Of a stretch of DNA of 64,000 nucleotides, positions 29,632 to 42,817 are shown in pieces. The translations under genes and the position numbers were made by a program. The DNA is from Nitrospinaceae bacterium (lineage in GTDB: Bacteria; Nitrospinota; Nitrospinia; Nitrospinales; VA-1): NCBI GenBank assembly GCA_046754465.1, contig JBHHVU010000001.1, positions 1 through 64,000 of the forward strand, given 5' to 3'. The notes beneath the pieces were generated by a model. It did not search any database, was not told the DNA's origin, and was given only the letters and a program-made list of their open reading frames with translations. Each line of letters starts with the position of its first letter. Position 1 is the stretch's first letter.

Positions 29632-30681
29632 TTGAAGTTATCGGATTTCGATTTCCACCTGCCGCAAGACCGGATCGCCCAGCAACCCGCCCCCATCCGG
29701 GACCAGTCGCGGTTAATGGTGGTGAACCGTGCCACCGGGGCCATTACCCATGACATCTTCTCGAATCTGCCCAAGTACCTGGTAGATCACCCGCTGATGG
29801 TATTCAACAACACCCGGGTGATTCCCGCCCGGCTCCGCGGTCAAATCAAGGGCTCTGGCAGGGAGGTGGAACTGCTCCTGACCAGGAAAATAAAACCACC
29901 GGATACCTGGGAGGCCATGATAAAGGGGCTAGGCCGGTTGAAAACGGGAACGGAAATCATTTTCGCGGAGGGAAAACTCACCGGGGTTTTAATGGATAGA
30001 AAGGGGGAGCGAGGGATTCTGCGCCTGTCCTGTTCCGAAAACACGCTGTCGGTTTTGGACGAAATTGCCGATATGCCGCTTCCTCCCTATATTCACCGGG
30101 GGTCTCAGGACAACTCCCAAGTCCACAAAATGGACCGGGAACGGTACCAGACGGTATACGCCGCACGTGAGGGCGCCATAGCGGCACCCACCGCGGGGTT
30201 CCATTTCACGCAAAACCTGCTCGATGAAATCGGCGCTGGAAGGGCCGACCTGGCTTTCCTGACTCTTCATGTAGGACCGGGAACCTTTCTTCCCATCCGT
30301 GAAGAGGACATCACCCGGCACAAAATGGAACCGGAATTCTTTCATATCTCCAGGGAAACTTTCAATCGGATCCGTGAAGCAAAAAGGGGGGGACAAAGGA
30401 TTTTATCGGTGGGAACCACTACAACCCGCACATTGGAATCGATAAACCTGGAAGGACTGGTTGCAGAGGATGTTTCAGGTTGGACGGACCGGTTTATTTT
30501 TCCAGGGCAAAGATTTCGGACGATCGATCAATTGCTTACCAACTTTCACTTGCCCAAGTCCACGCTCTTTCTTTTGGTCTGCGCTTTTTCAGGGAGGGAC
30601 CTCATGCTGCGGGCGTACCAGGAGGCCATTCAAAATAATTACCGGTTTTTCAGCTATGGTGATTCCATGCTGATCCTTTAA
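29632..30681 (+). CDS. queA: S-adenosylmethionine:tRNA ribosyltransferase-isomerase
   Basis: SDFDFHLP...IAQ, MPLPPYI, AAPTAGFHF, TNFHLPKSTL, YRFFSYGD. Confidence 0.97.
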   Translation: MKLSDFDFHLPQDRIAQQPAPIRDQSRLMVVNRATGAITHDIFSNLPKYLVDHPLMVFNNTRVIPARLRGQIKGSGREVELLLTRKIKPPDTWEAMIKGLGRLKTGTEIIFAEGKLTGVLMDRKGERGILRLSCSENTLSVLDEIADMPLPPYIHRGSQDNSQVHKMDRERYQTVYAAREGAIAAPTAGFHFTQNLLDEIGAGRADLAFLTLHVGPGTFLPIREEDITRHKMEPEFFHISRETFNRIREAKRGGQRILSVGTTTTRTLESINLEGLVAEDVSGWTDRFIFPGQRFRTIDQLLTNFHLPKSTLFLLVCAFSGRDLMLRAYQEAIQNNYRFFSYGDSMLIL

Positions 30682-30730
30682 AAAGGTGTTCAGGTCCTAC
30701 TTTCTTGAACAGGACCCGATATTCCAACCG

Positions 30731-31012
30731 TCAGGATTCGTCATTCACGGCCTGTTTAAAATGCTTTCCGGATTTAAAGCGAACAACCTTTCGGGCGGTG
30801 ATCTCCGCTTCTTCACCCGTCTTGGGATTCCTGCCGACCCGCTTGGATTTCTGCCTCACCTGAAACGTTCCGAACCGGCGCAAAATCACAGGTTCGCCAT
30901 GACCCAGCGATTCTTTTATTAATTCGATAATCGTTTCAACCGCCTCTTCGGCCTTGGCCCGGGACAAACTCGCCCGGGATGAAACTTGATTAATAATATC
31001 TTGCTTAGTCAT
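30731..31012 (-). CDS. HU/IHF family DNA-binding protein
   Basis: MTKQDII, FGTFQVR, GRNPKTGE. Confidence 0.95.
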   Translation of the reverse strand: MTKQDIINQVSSRASLSRAKAEEAVETIIELIKESLGHGEPVILRRFGTFQVRQKSKRVGRNPKTGEEAEITARKVVRFKSGKHFKQAVNDES

Positions 31013-31613
31013 GGCCCCTCCTTAAGACTGAGAATTGACATTTATCCAATTTATAAATATTAACCGGTACCTTTGGATTCTGATTTAATTATGGGGATTG
31101 AACCGGATCAAACATCATTACTCAAACCACTGGAACAATCTTTTTACACTCAATCTACCGATCTCGTACGAGTAAAATGGGTGCTTCTGCTTTTCAAAAA
31201 TTCTTATGTATGGATCCTAATCAGATAAGTGGTATTCCTCCAAAACGCAATTCTGCTCGTCGAGAAAATTCCCATAAACTTTTCAAAGGGTGATGTAACT
31301 ACTCTACCATTTATATTAAAAATTTCAATATCTTATTGAGTTTTTTTGCGGATTTTTCTTATGCCAATATTTTTCAAATAATTAACATTAAAAAAATTTA
31401 ATTAAAATAAAAATATTCTGGCTCAACAGAACTTATTGAAAAACCATGATTTAATTAAAATGGGCGGCAAAGCGAGTGAAACGAACCCGGAAAATTAGCT
31501 ATTTATTTGATTTTTAAGGAATTATTTATTTTTTCCGGTTGGGCGGGGGAATCCATCTTTTTGGAGGGGAAGACAGAAATCATGAGTTCGGGCCATCGAG
31601 CCGGCGGGGAAAA

Positions 31614-31901
31614 TTACTTTTTTTCTCGAACTATTTTATAGACGGTCTCACCCGGTTTGACCAGATTCAGTTTTTCACGGGCTATTTTTTCTATGGCGAG
31701 GGGATTCGATTTCAGGGCCTCGATTTCCCTGCGGAGTTGATGGTTTTCTCGGGCCAGGGCCTCGTTACCTTGCTGGAGCTTTCCGATTTGTTCCCGAAAT
31801 TCGAAAACGGTGAGGATTCCATTTTCATGGAAGACGGCAACGATGATCATCAATACGAAAAATGTGAAACTCAATAATAGGATTCGATGATATTTGGTCA
31901 T
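31614..31901 (-). CDS. ftsB: Septum formation initiator FtsB/DivIC
   Basis: TM plus coiled coil, IEKIAREKLNLVKPGE; follows eno. Confidence 0.9.
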   Translation of the reverse strand: MTKYHRILLLSFTFFVLMIIVAVFHENGILTVFEFREQIGKLQQGNEALARENHQLRREIEALKSNPLAIEKIAREKLNLVKPGETVYKIVREKK

Positions 31902-31924
31902 TGCGCGTTAGTCCCAGCCCAAAA

Positions 31925-33241
<1,317 letters not shown>

Positions 33242-34531
33242 TCAGCCCCTCGCCTGTTTCAATGCAAGGAGGTTGGCCTCGATGGTTTTCCCAATATCCT
33301 CTTCGGTATGGACCGCGGACATGAAACCCGCTTCAAACTGCGACGGCGCGATGTAGACCCCCGCTTCCAAAAGGGCATTGAAATAACGTTGAAAGAATCC
33401 GGTATCGCAGGATTTGACAGAAGTGAAATCCACGATCTTCCGATCGGTAAAAAACATCGAAAACATCGACCCCACACGCGTCAACTTCGCCGGGATTCCC
33501 AGTTTTTCAGTGTTTTCCCCAAAACCCTGGCACAACTTGCGGGATTTCTCTTCCAGGTCCCGATAAACCCGATCATCGGACAACAGGTCGAGCATCACGT
33601 TTCCCGCCGCCATGGCCAACGGATTCCCGGAAAGGGTGCCTGCCTGGTAGATGGACCCCTGGGGTGCCACCTGGTCCATGAACTTTTTCGCTCCGCCGTA
33701 AGCCCCCACCGGCAACCCGCCCCCGATAATCTTTCCCAGGCAGGTGAGGTCGGGTTGAATGCCGTATAGTTTCTGCGCCCCTCCCAATGAAACCCGGAAC
33801 CCGGTGATGACCTCATCAAAGATCAAAAGAGCGCCGGCCTGTTGGGTCACTTCCCTCAGGGTCTCCAAAAACCCCGCCTGGGGGGCCACGACCCCCATAT
33901 TCCCGGCGACGGGTTCCACGATGAGGCAGGCTATTTCCCCACCCTCACGGCCGAAGAGGTCCCTTACCTGCTGGGCATCGTTAAAGGGAAGGGTGAGGGT
34001 ATTCTTGGCCAGGCCGGCGACGATACCGGGGCAATCAGGGATCCCCAGGGAGGCCAGCCCCGATCCGGCCTTGACGAGCAGGCTGTCGCCGTGCCCGTGG
34101 TAGCATCCCTCGAATTTCACGATTTTATCCCGTCCGGTGATCCCGCGTGCGAGCCGGAGGGCGCTCATGACCGCCTCCGTGCCGGAATTGACCATCCGCA
34201 CCACCTCGATGGAGGGAACAGCCGCAACGACCTTCTCGGCCAGCGTAATCTCCTGCTCCGTGGGCGCCCCGAAACTGGTGCCCAGAACCGCCTGACGGTT
34301 CACCGCCTCCACGATCCTCGGGTGAGCGTGGCCGAAGATTAATGGTCCCCATGAGGACACGTAGTCGATAAATTCGTTGCCATCGGCATCGGTGACCCGA
34401 GTTCCCCGGGCTTTCTGAATAAACAGGGGATGGCCGCCCACGGCTTTAAACGCCCGGACGGGACTGTTCACGCCTCCCGGAATAACTTTCAAGGCCCTGG
34501 CAAACAGTTTTTCGGATTGAGATCGGTTCAC
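33242..34531 (-). CDS. hemL: Glutamate-1-semialdehyde 2,1-aminomutase
   Basis: [29 protein letters not shown]. Confidence 0.98.
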   Translation of the reverse strand: MNRSQSEKLFARALKVIPGGVNSPVRAFKAVGGHPLFIQKARGTRVTDADGNEFIDYVSSWGPLIFGHAHPRIVEAVNRQAVLGTSFGAPTEQEITLAEKVVAAVPSIEVVRMVNSGTEAVMSALRLARGITGRDKIVKFEGCYHGHGDSLLVKAGSGLASLGIPDCPGIVAGLAKNTLTLPFNDAQQVRDLFGREGGEIACLIVEPVAGNMGVVAPQAGFLETLREVTQQAGALLIFDEVITGFRVSLGGAQKLYGIQPDLTCLGKIIGGGLPVGAYGGAKKFMDQVAPQGSIYQAGTLSGNPLAMAAGNVMLDLLSDDRVYRDLEEKSRKLCQGFGENTEKLGIPAKLTRVGSMFSMFFTDRKIVDFTSVKSCDTGFFQRYFNALLEAGVYIAPSQFEAGFMSAVHTEEDIGKTIEANLLALKQARG

Positions 34532-35391
34532 AGGGATTTCCCGAATAAAATGGAAAGTTCTTCTTTTAATTTGGGGGAGCGGACCTTAGGATCAGTCACA
34601 ATGGCGTTTTCAGCCGCCGTTCCGCACTGGCAGCCTCTTTCGGCGGGAAGCCGGGGAACCATTTCGCGGACCACGCTTTGCGCGGCTTCGACATTTTTAT
34701 GCATGATTTCCATCACCGCTTCCAGGGTGACGGGTTCTTCCTCGATCCGCCAGCAATCGTAATCGGTGACCAGGGCGAGGGTGGCGTAACAGAGTCCCGC
34801 CTCCCGGGCCAGCTTGGCCTCGGTCACGTTGGTCATCCCAATCACATCCACCCCCCATTGCCGGTAGAGGTGGGATTCGGCCCGGGTGGAAAACTGCGGA
34901 CCCTCGATACAAATGTAGGTTCCGCCCTCATGAACGGGGGGACCCGCCTTGCGGGCCGCCTGGGTCAACACCCGGGCCATCTCCGGGCATATCGGATCAG
35001 AAAATCCCACATGACCCGCGAGCCCGGTGGTGAAAAATGTGCTGACCCGGCGATGGGTCCGGTCTATGAACTGATCGGGCACCGCGAAGTGACCGGGTTG
35101 GATCTCCTCCTTCATGCTGCCTACCGCACTGACAGAAACGATCCGTTCCACCCCGATCTTTTTCATGGCGAAGATGTTGGCCCTAAAATTGATTTCGGAG
35201 GGCGGAATCGCATGCCCCTGCCCATGACGGGGCAAAAACGCCACCCGAACGCCCGACAATTCCCCGAGAATCAACTCCGCCGAGGGGGCGCCATAAGGCG
35301 TTTCAACGGAACACTCCTCCAATATCTTCAACTCCTTCATTTGGTACAAACCGCTGCCGCCGATGATCCCCAGGGCCTTGTCCGCCATCAT
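34528..35391 (-). CDS. mtnP: S-methyl-5'-thioadenosine phosphorylase
   Basis: [32 protein letters not shown]. Confidence 0.95.
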   Translation of the reverse strand: MMADKALGIIGGSGLYQMKELKILEECSVETPYGAPSAELILGELSGVRVAFLPRHGQGHAIPPSEINFRANIFAMKKIGVERIVSVSAVGSMKEEIQPGHFAVPDQFIDRTHRRVSTFFTTGLAGHVGFSDPICPEMARVLTQAARKAGPPVHEGGTYICIEGPQFSTRAESHLYRQWGVDVIGMTNVTEAKLAREAGLCYATLALVTDYDCWRIEEEPVTLEAVMEIMHKNVEAAQSVVREMVPRLPAERGCQCGTAAENAIVTDPKVRSPKLKEELSILFGKSL

Positions 35392-35490
35392 GCATCTTTC
35401 TTTAAAAAATGTTTCAATCGGGAAGGTTGAACCTCAATACGCAAAGATCCCCAACCGGAGAAAAGAATTCCGCCCGGTCCGACACCGGGT

Positions 35491-37785
35491 CTATTGTTCG
35501 ATTCCACTGGGACTCGGCTTGATTTTTTCCGCCTGCTTTAAAAGGAATTTGAGTTCCGAGATCTGGTCGCCTGCCAATCGCAGGGCCGCTTCTTCCTGTT
35601 TCAAGCTCTGGATCTTCATGTCCACGTCTTCGGCCATCAGTTTCAGATTGCTCAAGCGCTTATCGACATCATCCAGCAACCGGATTTTATTATTGAGCGT
35701 GTCAATTTTTGATTCCGCCTCCTCGGTGATGGAGGTGAGCTTTTCGATGTTGATGTTAATTTTATTCAAGTTCTCTTTTTCGCGGTCGATGCGTTCCTTT
35801 TCCGCGAACACCCGGTGGATCACCATGTCGAGCTTGGATAGGGCTTCCTGCGTGTCGCGAATTTTATCTTCACTGGAGGCGACCTGCTTGATCCTCGTTT
35901 CGACTTGAGTCACCATGGTGCTCAATTGTTCAATTTTCTTTTCGGAGTGGATGATGAATTCTTCTTTGTCATCCAGGGCTTCCTGCCTGGCATTCAGCTC
36001 CTTCATTTTATTGTTGAGTTCATTGATTCGATTATCGATGCTCTGGACCTGGTCCTTATCCTTGGATAGGGTCTCGATCTTGTTCTCGAAGTTTACGATG
36101 ATCTGGCCCAGATCCGCGCGGATATGATCGATTTTATTGATGTCTTCCTTCGCCTCCTGTAATTCCTTGAACTTGCTGCGCAACTCTATTTCGAGGATGC
36201 TCTGTTTTGAGGCCAAGTTGTTCATTCTCTTTTCCTGGTCGTCGATGGCGGCCTTTTCCTTGGCGATATCCAGGATTTTCTCCTCCACTTCGTTGGCCAT
36301 GTATTTCAGCCCTTCCAGTTTCTGGTCGATTTTTTCCAGGAAGTCGATTTTCTTGCTCACCTTGGCGATTTTTATATTCGCTTCCTCAATGAAAAAATCC
36401 AGACCATCGACCTTTTTCTCCATCTTTTCGATCAGGGTTTTCCTCTGCATCTGGGTTTCCATCTTGACATCGAGGCTGATGACCATCGAACTCAGATCGT
36501 TGATCTTTTTATCCACCTGGTCGACCAGGTTCTGCTTGCGAATGACCTCATCCATTTGCAGGCGGGTGGACTCGTTGATCTCCTCGATTTGCTTGAGTAT
36601 CACCGCGATGGAATCCACCTTTTTAATTTCATCATCCAAACGCTTGACTTTCTGCTCGGCCTCTTCGGCCATGACGTTGAACCGGTTCATCTTGTCGTTG
36701 GCGATATCGATGTTTTTCATCTCCTCCTTCAGCAACATCATCTTGTTACTCAAGTTATCCATGAGAAAGGAATTCAGCTTGTTGATCTTTTCCTCGGTTT
36801 TCTCGATGGAGGCTTTTTCGTCCTGAATCCGGGAGATTTTAGTTTCCACATCCACCGACAGCGCGTCGAGGTCTCTCAACCGCCCGCTGATGCTGCGGAT
36901 CATTTCATTTTTAACGGAGATGTTCTTCGATTCGATTTTCAGGTCGCGGATTTCCTGGTCGAGCCGGTTCAGGGATTCGTTGGTTTCGCGGACGAGGTGG
37001 CTTTTTCCCAGAAGCTGGTCGTAGTCTTCCTGAACCGTTTCCAGGATTCGCCGCAATTCCTCAGTATCCTTCGCGTAGCTTTTGATCACTTCCTTTTCTT
37101 TCAGAATCTGACCATACCGGGACTCCAGTTCCTTAAGGGTCACCTTCATTTCGGACACCTTGGCGGAACCCGTTTTCATCATCTCCTTGAATCCCACGAC
37201 TTCTTCCACCCGGCCGGAAACCTGGTCGAGCATATTTTCAAGCCGATTGATACCGCGGTCGGCATTTTTGATCAGTTTATTTTCTTCCTTGAGTTTCTTG
37301 ATCTTTGAATCCATGTCCCAGATCAGGACATTGAGCCGGCCGGCGTCTTCGTTGGCTTTTTCAACGATCCCTCTCTGTTGATGCAGGCTCTTGATCTTGT
37401 GGTCGATATGTTCGGTGAGCAAATGCAGCTCGTCCAATTCCCGTTTGAGCACCTTGTAATTGGACTCGAGTTCCTTGGAGATGCGCTGAAAATCGCGCAC
37501 CCGAACATCCACGGTTTTGATTTCCTCGAACCGATTCTGCAGATGGTCGAGTTTTTTCAGCGTATCCGGAACCTGGCCGCTGATCTTGTCGAAATAATGC
37601 TTTCTTTCATCCAGATCCTCGGATTTCTGCTCAAAATACTCGACGAGCATTTGCAGATTTTTCCGCTCTTGCGCGGCGACTTCTAATAACTCTTTGAAAT
37701 CATTAGCATTAAATCCTTCGGGAGAAGCTGGGTTGGTTTTTCCCGAGGTTTCTTCAGGATTTCTTGTTTCAGGATCGTTTGGCAT
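35491..37785 (-). CDS. Very long coiled-coil protein of unknown function
   Basis: 764 aa, E/K/I/L-rich heptad pattern throughout; no TM, signal or catalytic motif. Confidence 0.85.
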   Translation of the reverse strand: MPNDPETRNPEETSGKTNPASPEGFNANDFKELLEVAAQERKNLQMLVEYFEQKSEDLDERKHYFDKISGQVPDTLKKLDHLQNRFEEIKTVDVRVRDFQRISKELESNYKVLKRELDELHLLTEHIDHKIKSLHQQRGIVEKANEDAGRLNVLIWDMDSKIKKLKEENKLIKNADRGINRLENMLDQVSGRVEEVVGFKEMMKTGSAKVSEMKVTLKELESRYGQILKEKEVIKSYAKDTEELRRILETVQEDYDQLLGKSHLVRETNESLNRLDQEIRDLKIESKNISVKNEMIRSISGRLRDLDALSVDVETKISRIQDEKASIEKTEEKINKLNSFLMDNLSNKMMLLKEEMKNIDIANDKMNRFNVMAEEAEQKVKRLDDEIKKVDSIAVILKQIEEINESTRLQMDEVIRKQNLVDQVDKKINDLSSMVISLDVKMETQMQRKTLIEKMEKKVDGLDFFIEEANIKIAKVSKKIDFLEKIDQKLEGLKYMANEVEEKILDIAKEKAAIDDQEKRMNNLASKQSILEIELRSKFKELQEAKEDINKIDHIRADLGQIIVNFENKIETLSKDKDQVQSIDNRINELNNKMKELNARQEALDDKEEFIIHSEKKIEQLSTMVTQVETRIKQVASSEDKIRDTQEALSKLDMVIHRVFAEKERIDREKENLNKININIEKLTSITEEAESKIDTLNNKIRLLDDVDKRLSNLKLMAEDVDMKIQSLKQEEAALRLAGDQISELKFLLKQAEKIKPSPSGIEQ

Positions 37786-37941
37786 GGCTGGACCCCTGGA
37801 AGAAGGTTGGGGAAGGATGTTTTTGAACTCGGCTTGGTTCCTCTAAGTTGCAATTAAATATAAACTTGCGGCGCGGACTTTGTCAAGGTTATGTCCCGTT
37901 GCCAAGACCCGGGTTCTCCAGGCTTGGATAAAATTCCCGGT

Positions 37942-38964
37942 TCAGGATCGATGCAGCAGGAGTTCGGCGATTTGCACCGCATTCAAGGCCGCTCCCTTTC
38001 TCAGATTATCGGCGACTACCCAGAAGTTGATCGCGTTTTCCTTTGATAAATCGTCTCGTAATCGCCCCACGAAAACGTCATCCCGGCCTTCCGCATCGAC
38101 GGCTAGAGGATACTCATTTTTTTCCGGCCCGTCCACCACCCGCAGCCCAGGATAATTGGACAACAGGTCTTTTACTTCCCGGGCGGACAGGGGCCGTTCA
38201 GTTTCCACGTTCACGGATTCGGAATGGGAATAAAATACCGGCACCCGCACCGCGGTCGGGGAAATCTGGATGGATTCATCTTCCAGAATTTTTCGCGTCT
38301 CGTGAACCATCTTCATTTCTTCCTTGGTATAACCGTTCTCCAAAAAAACATCGATGTGAGGAAGACAGTTGAAAGCAATCTGGTGGGGATAGACCCTTTT
38401 CTCAACGGGCTTATCCTCCAGAACGTTTTGGGATTGCGCCACCAGTTCGGAGATGGCTTTCTGACCCGACCCGGACACCGATTGGTAGGTGGAGACCACC
38501 ACGCGTTTGATGCGGTATTTCCGGTGAATCGGGTGCAGGGCGAGAACCATCTGAATGGTGGAACAATTGGGATTGGAAATGATTCCGGAATGGCCATCCA
38601 CCGCATGCGGGTTGACCTCCGGAACAATCAACGGAACATTTTTTTCCATGCGGAAAGCGCTACTGTTGTCGATCACCACGCAGTTGGACTTCACCGCGCA
38701 GGAGGCGAATTGACGGCTGATGGACGCTCCCGCGGAAAACAGCGCCAGGTCGACTCCCTGGAAAGAATTTTCGGTGAGTTCCTTGACCACCACCGGCTCC
38801 CCCCTGAAGGACAGCGTCTGGCCCGATGAGCGCGAGGAAGCCAGCGGTTTCAGGCGGGCGACGGGAAAATCCCTTTCCTCCAGAATGGAAACCATCCGGC
38901 GTCCCACCGCTCCCGTAGCCCCCACCACCGCAACCTGATACCGTGATTTTTTCTCAAGATTCAC
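37942..38964 (-). CDS. asd: Aspartate-semialdehyde dehydrogenase
   Basis: [30 protein letters not shown] start overlapping the leuB stop. Confidence 0.97.
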   Translation of the reverse strand: MNLEKKSRYQVAVVGATGAVGRRMVSILEERDFPVARLKPLASSRSSGQTLSFRGEPVVVKELTENSFQGVDLALFSAGASISRQFASCAVKSNCVVIDNSSAFRMEKNVPLIVPEVNPHAVDGHSGIISNPNCSTIQMVLALHPIHRKYRIKRVVVSTYQSVSGSGQKAISELVAQSQNVLEDKPVEKRVYPHQIAFNCLPHIDVFLENGYTKEEMKMVHETRKILEDESIQISPTAVRVPVFYSHSESVNVETERPLSAREVKDLLSNYPGLRVVDGPEKNEYPLAVDAEGRDDVFVGRLRDDLSKENAINFWVVADNLRKGAALNAVQIAELLLHRS

Positions 38965-40046
38965 TTTTTTTCCAATTCCTCCAGGACGAGGTCGCCCATG
39001 GCGGTGGTCCCCACTTCTTTCATTCCCCGGGACATAATATCGCGCGTGCGGAAACCCCGGTTCAGAACCGATTCCACCGCCGCCTCGATCCACGTCCAGG
39101 GTTCTTCCCGATTCAAGGAGTATTTAAATAGCATTCCCACGGAGAGAATAGTGGCCAGCGGGTTGGCATGCCCCTGGCCCGCGATGTCCGGCGCGCTTCC
39201 GTGAATGGGTTCGTACATACCGGTACTGCCGCCCAGGCTGGCGGAGGGGAGCATTCCTATCGAACCGGTGAGCATCGATGCTTCGTCGCTTAGGATATCC
39301 CCGAACATATTCGTGGTCAAGATCACATCGAATTGCCGGGGGTTCCGAACCAGTTGCATGGCGCAATTGTCCACGTACATGTGCCGAAGGGATATGTCCG
39401 GAAAATCATTATGGATTCGGTCCACCACTTCGCGCCAGAGCCCGGTGGCCTCGAGAACGTTGGCTTTATCGACCGAGACCACGCTTTTGTTCCTTTTGCG
39501 GGCCACCTCAAAAGCCATCCGGGCGATACGTTCAATCTCGGCTTCGGTATAAACCAGGGTATTGACCCCTTTGCGGGAACCGTCCGCAAGGGTTTCGATG
39601 CCCCGGGGTTCTCCAAAATAAATGCCCCCCGTGAGCTCCCGGACCACCAGGAGGTCCAATCCGCGGACCACTTCGGGTTTCAGGGTGGATGCGTCCGCCA
39701 GCGCGGGGAAAATTTTGGCGGGACGCAGGTTGGCATACAGTTTGAGAGAAGACCGCAGGCCCAGGAGCGCCCTTTCCGGACGCAGGGAAAATTCAAGATT
39801 TTCCCAACGGTGTCCCCCCACCGCGCCAAGGAGAACCGCGTCGGCCTTTTTCGCCGTTTGCAGGGACTCTTCGGGCAGCGGATGCCCTCCGGCTTCGTAT
39901 CCCGCCCCACCCACCGGAGCCTCCTCCAACTTGAGCTCAAGATCCAACCGCGAAGCCACCCGCTTCAGAATCTTGACCGCTTCCCTCACCACCTCCGGTC
40001 CGATCCCATCTCCAGGCAAAAGCGCAATGGTGAATTCATTTTTCAT
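38961..40046 (-). CDS. leuB: 3-isopropylmalate dehydrogenase
   Basis: [31 protein letters not shown]. Confidence 0.98.
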   Translation of the reverse strand: MKNEFTIALLPGDGIGPEVVREAVKILKRVASRLDLELKLEEAPVGGAGYEAGGHPLPEESLQTAKKADAVLLGAVGGHRWENLEFSLRPERALLGLRSSLKLYANLRPAKIFPALADASTLKPEVVRGLDLLVVRELTGGIYFGEPRGIETLADGSRKGVNTLVYTEAEIERIARMAFEVARKRNKSVVSVDKANVLEATGLWREVVDRIHNDFPDISLRHMYVDNCAMQLVRNPRQFDVILTTNMFGDILSDEASMLTGSIGMLPSASLGGSTGMYEPIHGSAPDIAGQGHANPLATILSVGMLFKYSLNREEPWTWIEAAVESVLNRGFRTRDIMSRGMKEVGTTAMGDLVLEELEKK

Positions 40047-40331
40047 TCAGGAAGTTCCTTGTAATGGATCGAGACAGGCCGGGGCATCGCACAGGTTTCA
40101 TCCCGCGCCCCCCAATCTTCGATGGAATGATTCCCTATGGGATACCACGATGCAGAGCGGGGCACGCCGGAGGCGTGAAGTTCCCGCAAGTATATCGGCA
40201 TAATATCCGTTGTAAATATTTTTTTTTGACTTATCATATTTTTTCCCGTTCCCGGACCGCCTGAAGGCAGCTTTTCCCTTTTGGGGAATGGCCCACGGCC
40301 GTAAAACCATCCATTCATTTTCCCCGGTTCC

Positions 40332-41102
40332 ATGATCCATGGTAAAAGCATCGCGGTGGTGATGCCGGCATACAATGCCGAAAAAACCCTGAGGCACACT
40401 TACCAGGAAATCCCCCATGAGGTGGTAGATAAAATCATCCTCACTGATGACGCCAGCCAGGACCAAACCGTCCGGGTCGCCCGGGATCTCAATATCCACA
40501 CCCTGTCTCACCTGAAAAACCGGGGCTATGGCGCCAATCAAAAGACCTGTTACCAGGAGGCCCTCCGGTGCGGCTGCGATATCGTCATCATGTTGCACCC
40601 GGATTACCAATACACTCCCCGCCTCATCACCGCCATGGCCTCCATGATCGCCGAGGGGGTGTTTGATGTGGTGATCGGCTCGCGCATTCTCGGGAACCAG
40701 GCGATGGCGGGGGGAATGCCGGGTTATAAGTATGTCGCCAACCGCTTTCTCACCCTCATGGAGAACCTGCTCATCGACCAGAAACTTTCCGAATATCACA
40801 CCGGCTATCGAGCTTTCAGCGCGCAGGTTCTGGAATCCATTCCTCTCCTCGAAAATTCGGACGATTTTGTCTTCGATAACGAGATGCTCCTTCAGGCCAT
40901 GTTTTTCGGGTACCGGGTTGGCGAAGTGTCGTGTCCCGCCCGGTATTTCCCGGAGGCCTCCTCGATCAGTTTCCGAAGAAGCATCACCTACGGGCTGGGC
41001 GTGCTGAAAACCGCCTTGAAGTATTGCCTGGCGAAACGAGGTCTCTCATCGCCCCCGATTTTTGACGCGCAGGGGAAAAAGCTCGAGCCGCGAAATAAAT
41101 AA
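40332..41102 (+). CDS. Glycosyltransferase family 2 (DPM1-like)
   Basis: VVMPAYN, DDASQD, HPDYQY. Confidence 0.92.
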   Translation: MIHGKSIAVVMPAYNAEKTLRHTYQEIPHEVVDKIILTDDASQDQTVRVARDLNIHTLSHLKNRGYGANQKTCYQEALRCGCDIVIMLHPDYQYTPRLITAMASMIAEGVFDVVIGSRILGNQAMAGGMPGYKYVANRFLTLMENLLIDQKLSEYHTGYRAFSAQVLESIPLLENSDDFVFDNEMLLQAMFFGYRVGEVSCPARYFPEASSISFRRSITYGLGVLKTALKYCLAKRGLSSPPIFDAQGKKLEPRNK

Positions 41103-41200
41103 CTCCTTCTCCCGGGTCCCCAGACCGCAAAAATGGGACTCCTTGAAAATTTACGGCAAAGGATTATATTGTTACGAGAAGTTTAATTTGCAGGTTCGCC

Positions 41201-41758
41201 ATGGATCAAAATGTGAAAAATAAAAAGGATGTTGTAAAGGAAAAATCCAAGGAAAAAAAAGGCAAAACCGAGGATACACTTTGGTCGCGGAGGGAGTTTT
41301 TCTCTCTTGCCGGCTGGATGGGATTTATGAGTTCCCTGGGGCTCTCCTCCCTGTATTTTGTGCGTCTTCTGTTCCCCCGGGTCCTGTTTGAACCCTCGCC
41401 TGTTTTTCTCGCGGGCAATCCAGAGGATTATACGGTCGGTGAGGTCAGTACCAAGTGGGTCAAGTCGCAGAGGGTTTGGATCGTCCGGGATCATAAGGGA
41501 ATTTACGCCATCCTGGCAAAATGCACTCACTTGGGCTGTACCCCCCGCTGGTTGAGGACTGAAAACAAATACAAATGTCCCTGTCACGGCAGCGGTTTCA
41601 CCAAGGAGGGGATCAACTTTGAAGGTCCCGCCCCCCGGCCGTTGGAACGGTTGAAAATTACCCTGGCTCCGGATGGCCAAATCAAAATCGATAAAAGTAA
41701 AAAATTCCTCTGGGAAAAAAAGCAATGGGACGATCCCGGCGCCATATTAACCGTTTGA
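41201..41758 (+). CDS. Rieske 2Fe-2S subunit (bc/b6f type)
   Basis: SRREFF Tat anchor, CTHLGC, CPCHGS, GPAPRPL. Confidence 0.93.
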   Translation: MDQNVKNKKDVVKEKSKEKKGKTEDTLWSRREFFSLAGWMGFMSSLGLSSLYFVRLLFPRVLFEPSPVFLAGNPEDYTVGEVSTKWVKSQRVWIVRDHKGIYAILAKCTHLGCTPRWLRTENKYKCPCHGSGFTKEGINFEGPAPRPLERLKITLAPDGQIKIDKSKKFLWEKKQWDDPGAILTV

Positions 41759-41790
41759 AATCCCTCCGGCCCTCATTTTAGTTCGACAGA

Positions 41791-42609
41791 TCAAGCCCTT
41801 CCCTTTTTCACCCTGGAAATTTTACCCTTTTTCAACCCCTTTTGCCCGGCGGCTATTCCCCTCTTTTTATTGTCATAGAATACCTCGACGAGAAAAAGTC
41901 CCTGGGCTCTTGCGGTGGGACCGGCGTTTTTCCGGTCGCGGGATTCAAGAATCTCCTTAACCCGCGCGGGCGGGATTTTCCGTTTTCCCACCTGAACCAG
42001 GGTGCCCACCAGATTCCGCACCATGTACTTTAAGAATCCGTTGCCGTCGAAATGAAGATGAATGAAGTCCCCTTTTCTGGAGATGTCGATTTTATTCAAC
42101 TCCCGCACTGGGTTTTTAGCCTCGCAATTGGCCGCCCGGAACGCGGAAAAGTCGTGCCTCCCCTCCAGATAGGTCTTGGCCCGCCGCATCGCCCGTAGAT
42201 CGAGGGGAAATTGAATGAACCAGCACCGGTGGTGCGCCAGGGCGGAGGGATAATCCCGGTTGAGAATGGTAAAACGGTAAATCTTGCGCACCGCCGATTT
42301 TTGCGCATGGAAGTCCCGGGGCACTTCCTCAACCTGTTTCACCACGATGTCCGGAGGCAGCAGACTGTTCAGGGCCATTAAAAACTGGTGACAGGTCATC
42401 TCGGATTCCGTCACGAAATGGGCAACTTGGCCCTCGGCATGGACCCCGGAATCGGTCCGTCCCGATCCCACCACGGATGTTTTTTTCTTGGTAATCTTTT
42501 GAAGGCATTCCTGAAGAATTTCCTGAATGGTGACGCCGTTGGGTTGGACTTGCCACCCATGGTACCGGGTCCCCTCGTATTCTATGATGAGTTTGATTTT
42601 CCGGGTCAA
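41791..42609 (-). CDS. truA: tRNA pseudouridine(38-40) synthase
   Basis: YEGTRYHGWQ, GRTDSGVHA, FLKYMVRN. Confidence 0.96.
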   Translation of the reverse strand: MTRKIKLIIEYEGTRYHGWQVQPNGVTIQEILQECLQKITKKKTSVVGSGRTDSGVHAEGQVAHFVTESEMTCHQFLMALNSLLPPDIVVKQVEEVPRDFHAQKSAVRKIYRFTILNRDYPSALAHHRCWFIQFPLDLRAMRRAKTYLEGRHDFSAFRAANCEAKNPVRELNKIDISRKGDFIHLHFDGNGFLKYMVRNLVGTLVQVGKRKIPPARVKEILESRDRKNAGPTARAQGLFLVEVFYDNKKRGIAAGQKGLKKGKISRVKKGRA

Positions 42610-42636
42610 CGACGGACGCCTCCGGGGGGTTGATAT

Positions 42637-42676
42637 AAAAAAACGCGTTGCCGGCCTAGCAACGCGTTTTTCTTTT
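42637..42676. terminator. Bidirectional Rho-independent terminator
   Basis: aaaaaaaCGCGTTGC-cggccta-GCAACGCGtttttc. Confidence 0.85.
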
Positions 42677-42817
42677 CTTTCTGGCCCGACTCACTACTTT
42701 CGGGTCCGTTCATATTTATATATGAACTTAAAATTCTCTCAAACTGGCATTCTCGAAAGGTGGACTCACAGCTCCTATAAAACCTCCTTGAGTTGATGTT
42801 AGTCTCAAACCCTCCAA
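42637..42817 (-). ncRNA. Candidate small structured RNA (family unassigned)
   Basis: sigma70-like promoter upstream, three GGAG motifs, three hairpins, ends in a terminator; no ORF over 20 codons on this strand. Confidence 0.4.

Noticed and set aside
31013..31613. AT-rich 600-bp gap as a possible origin or small ORF (45 aa at 31091)
   Set aside because: No DnaA-box cluster seen; best explained as the promoter/leader of the HU/IHF gene
42746..42776. GGCA...GAAA...GGAC segment resembling a c-di-GMP-I riboswitch (plus strand)
   Set aside because: Stem pairing and the GCAAAGC core do not match, and there is no downstream plus-strand gene
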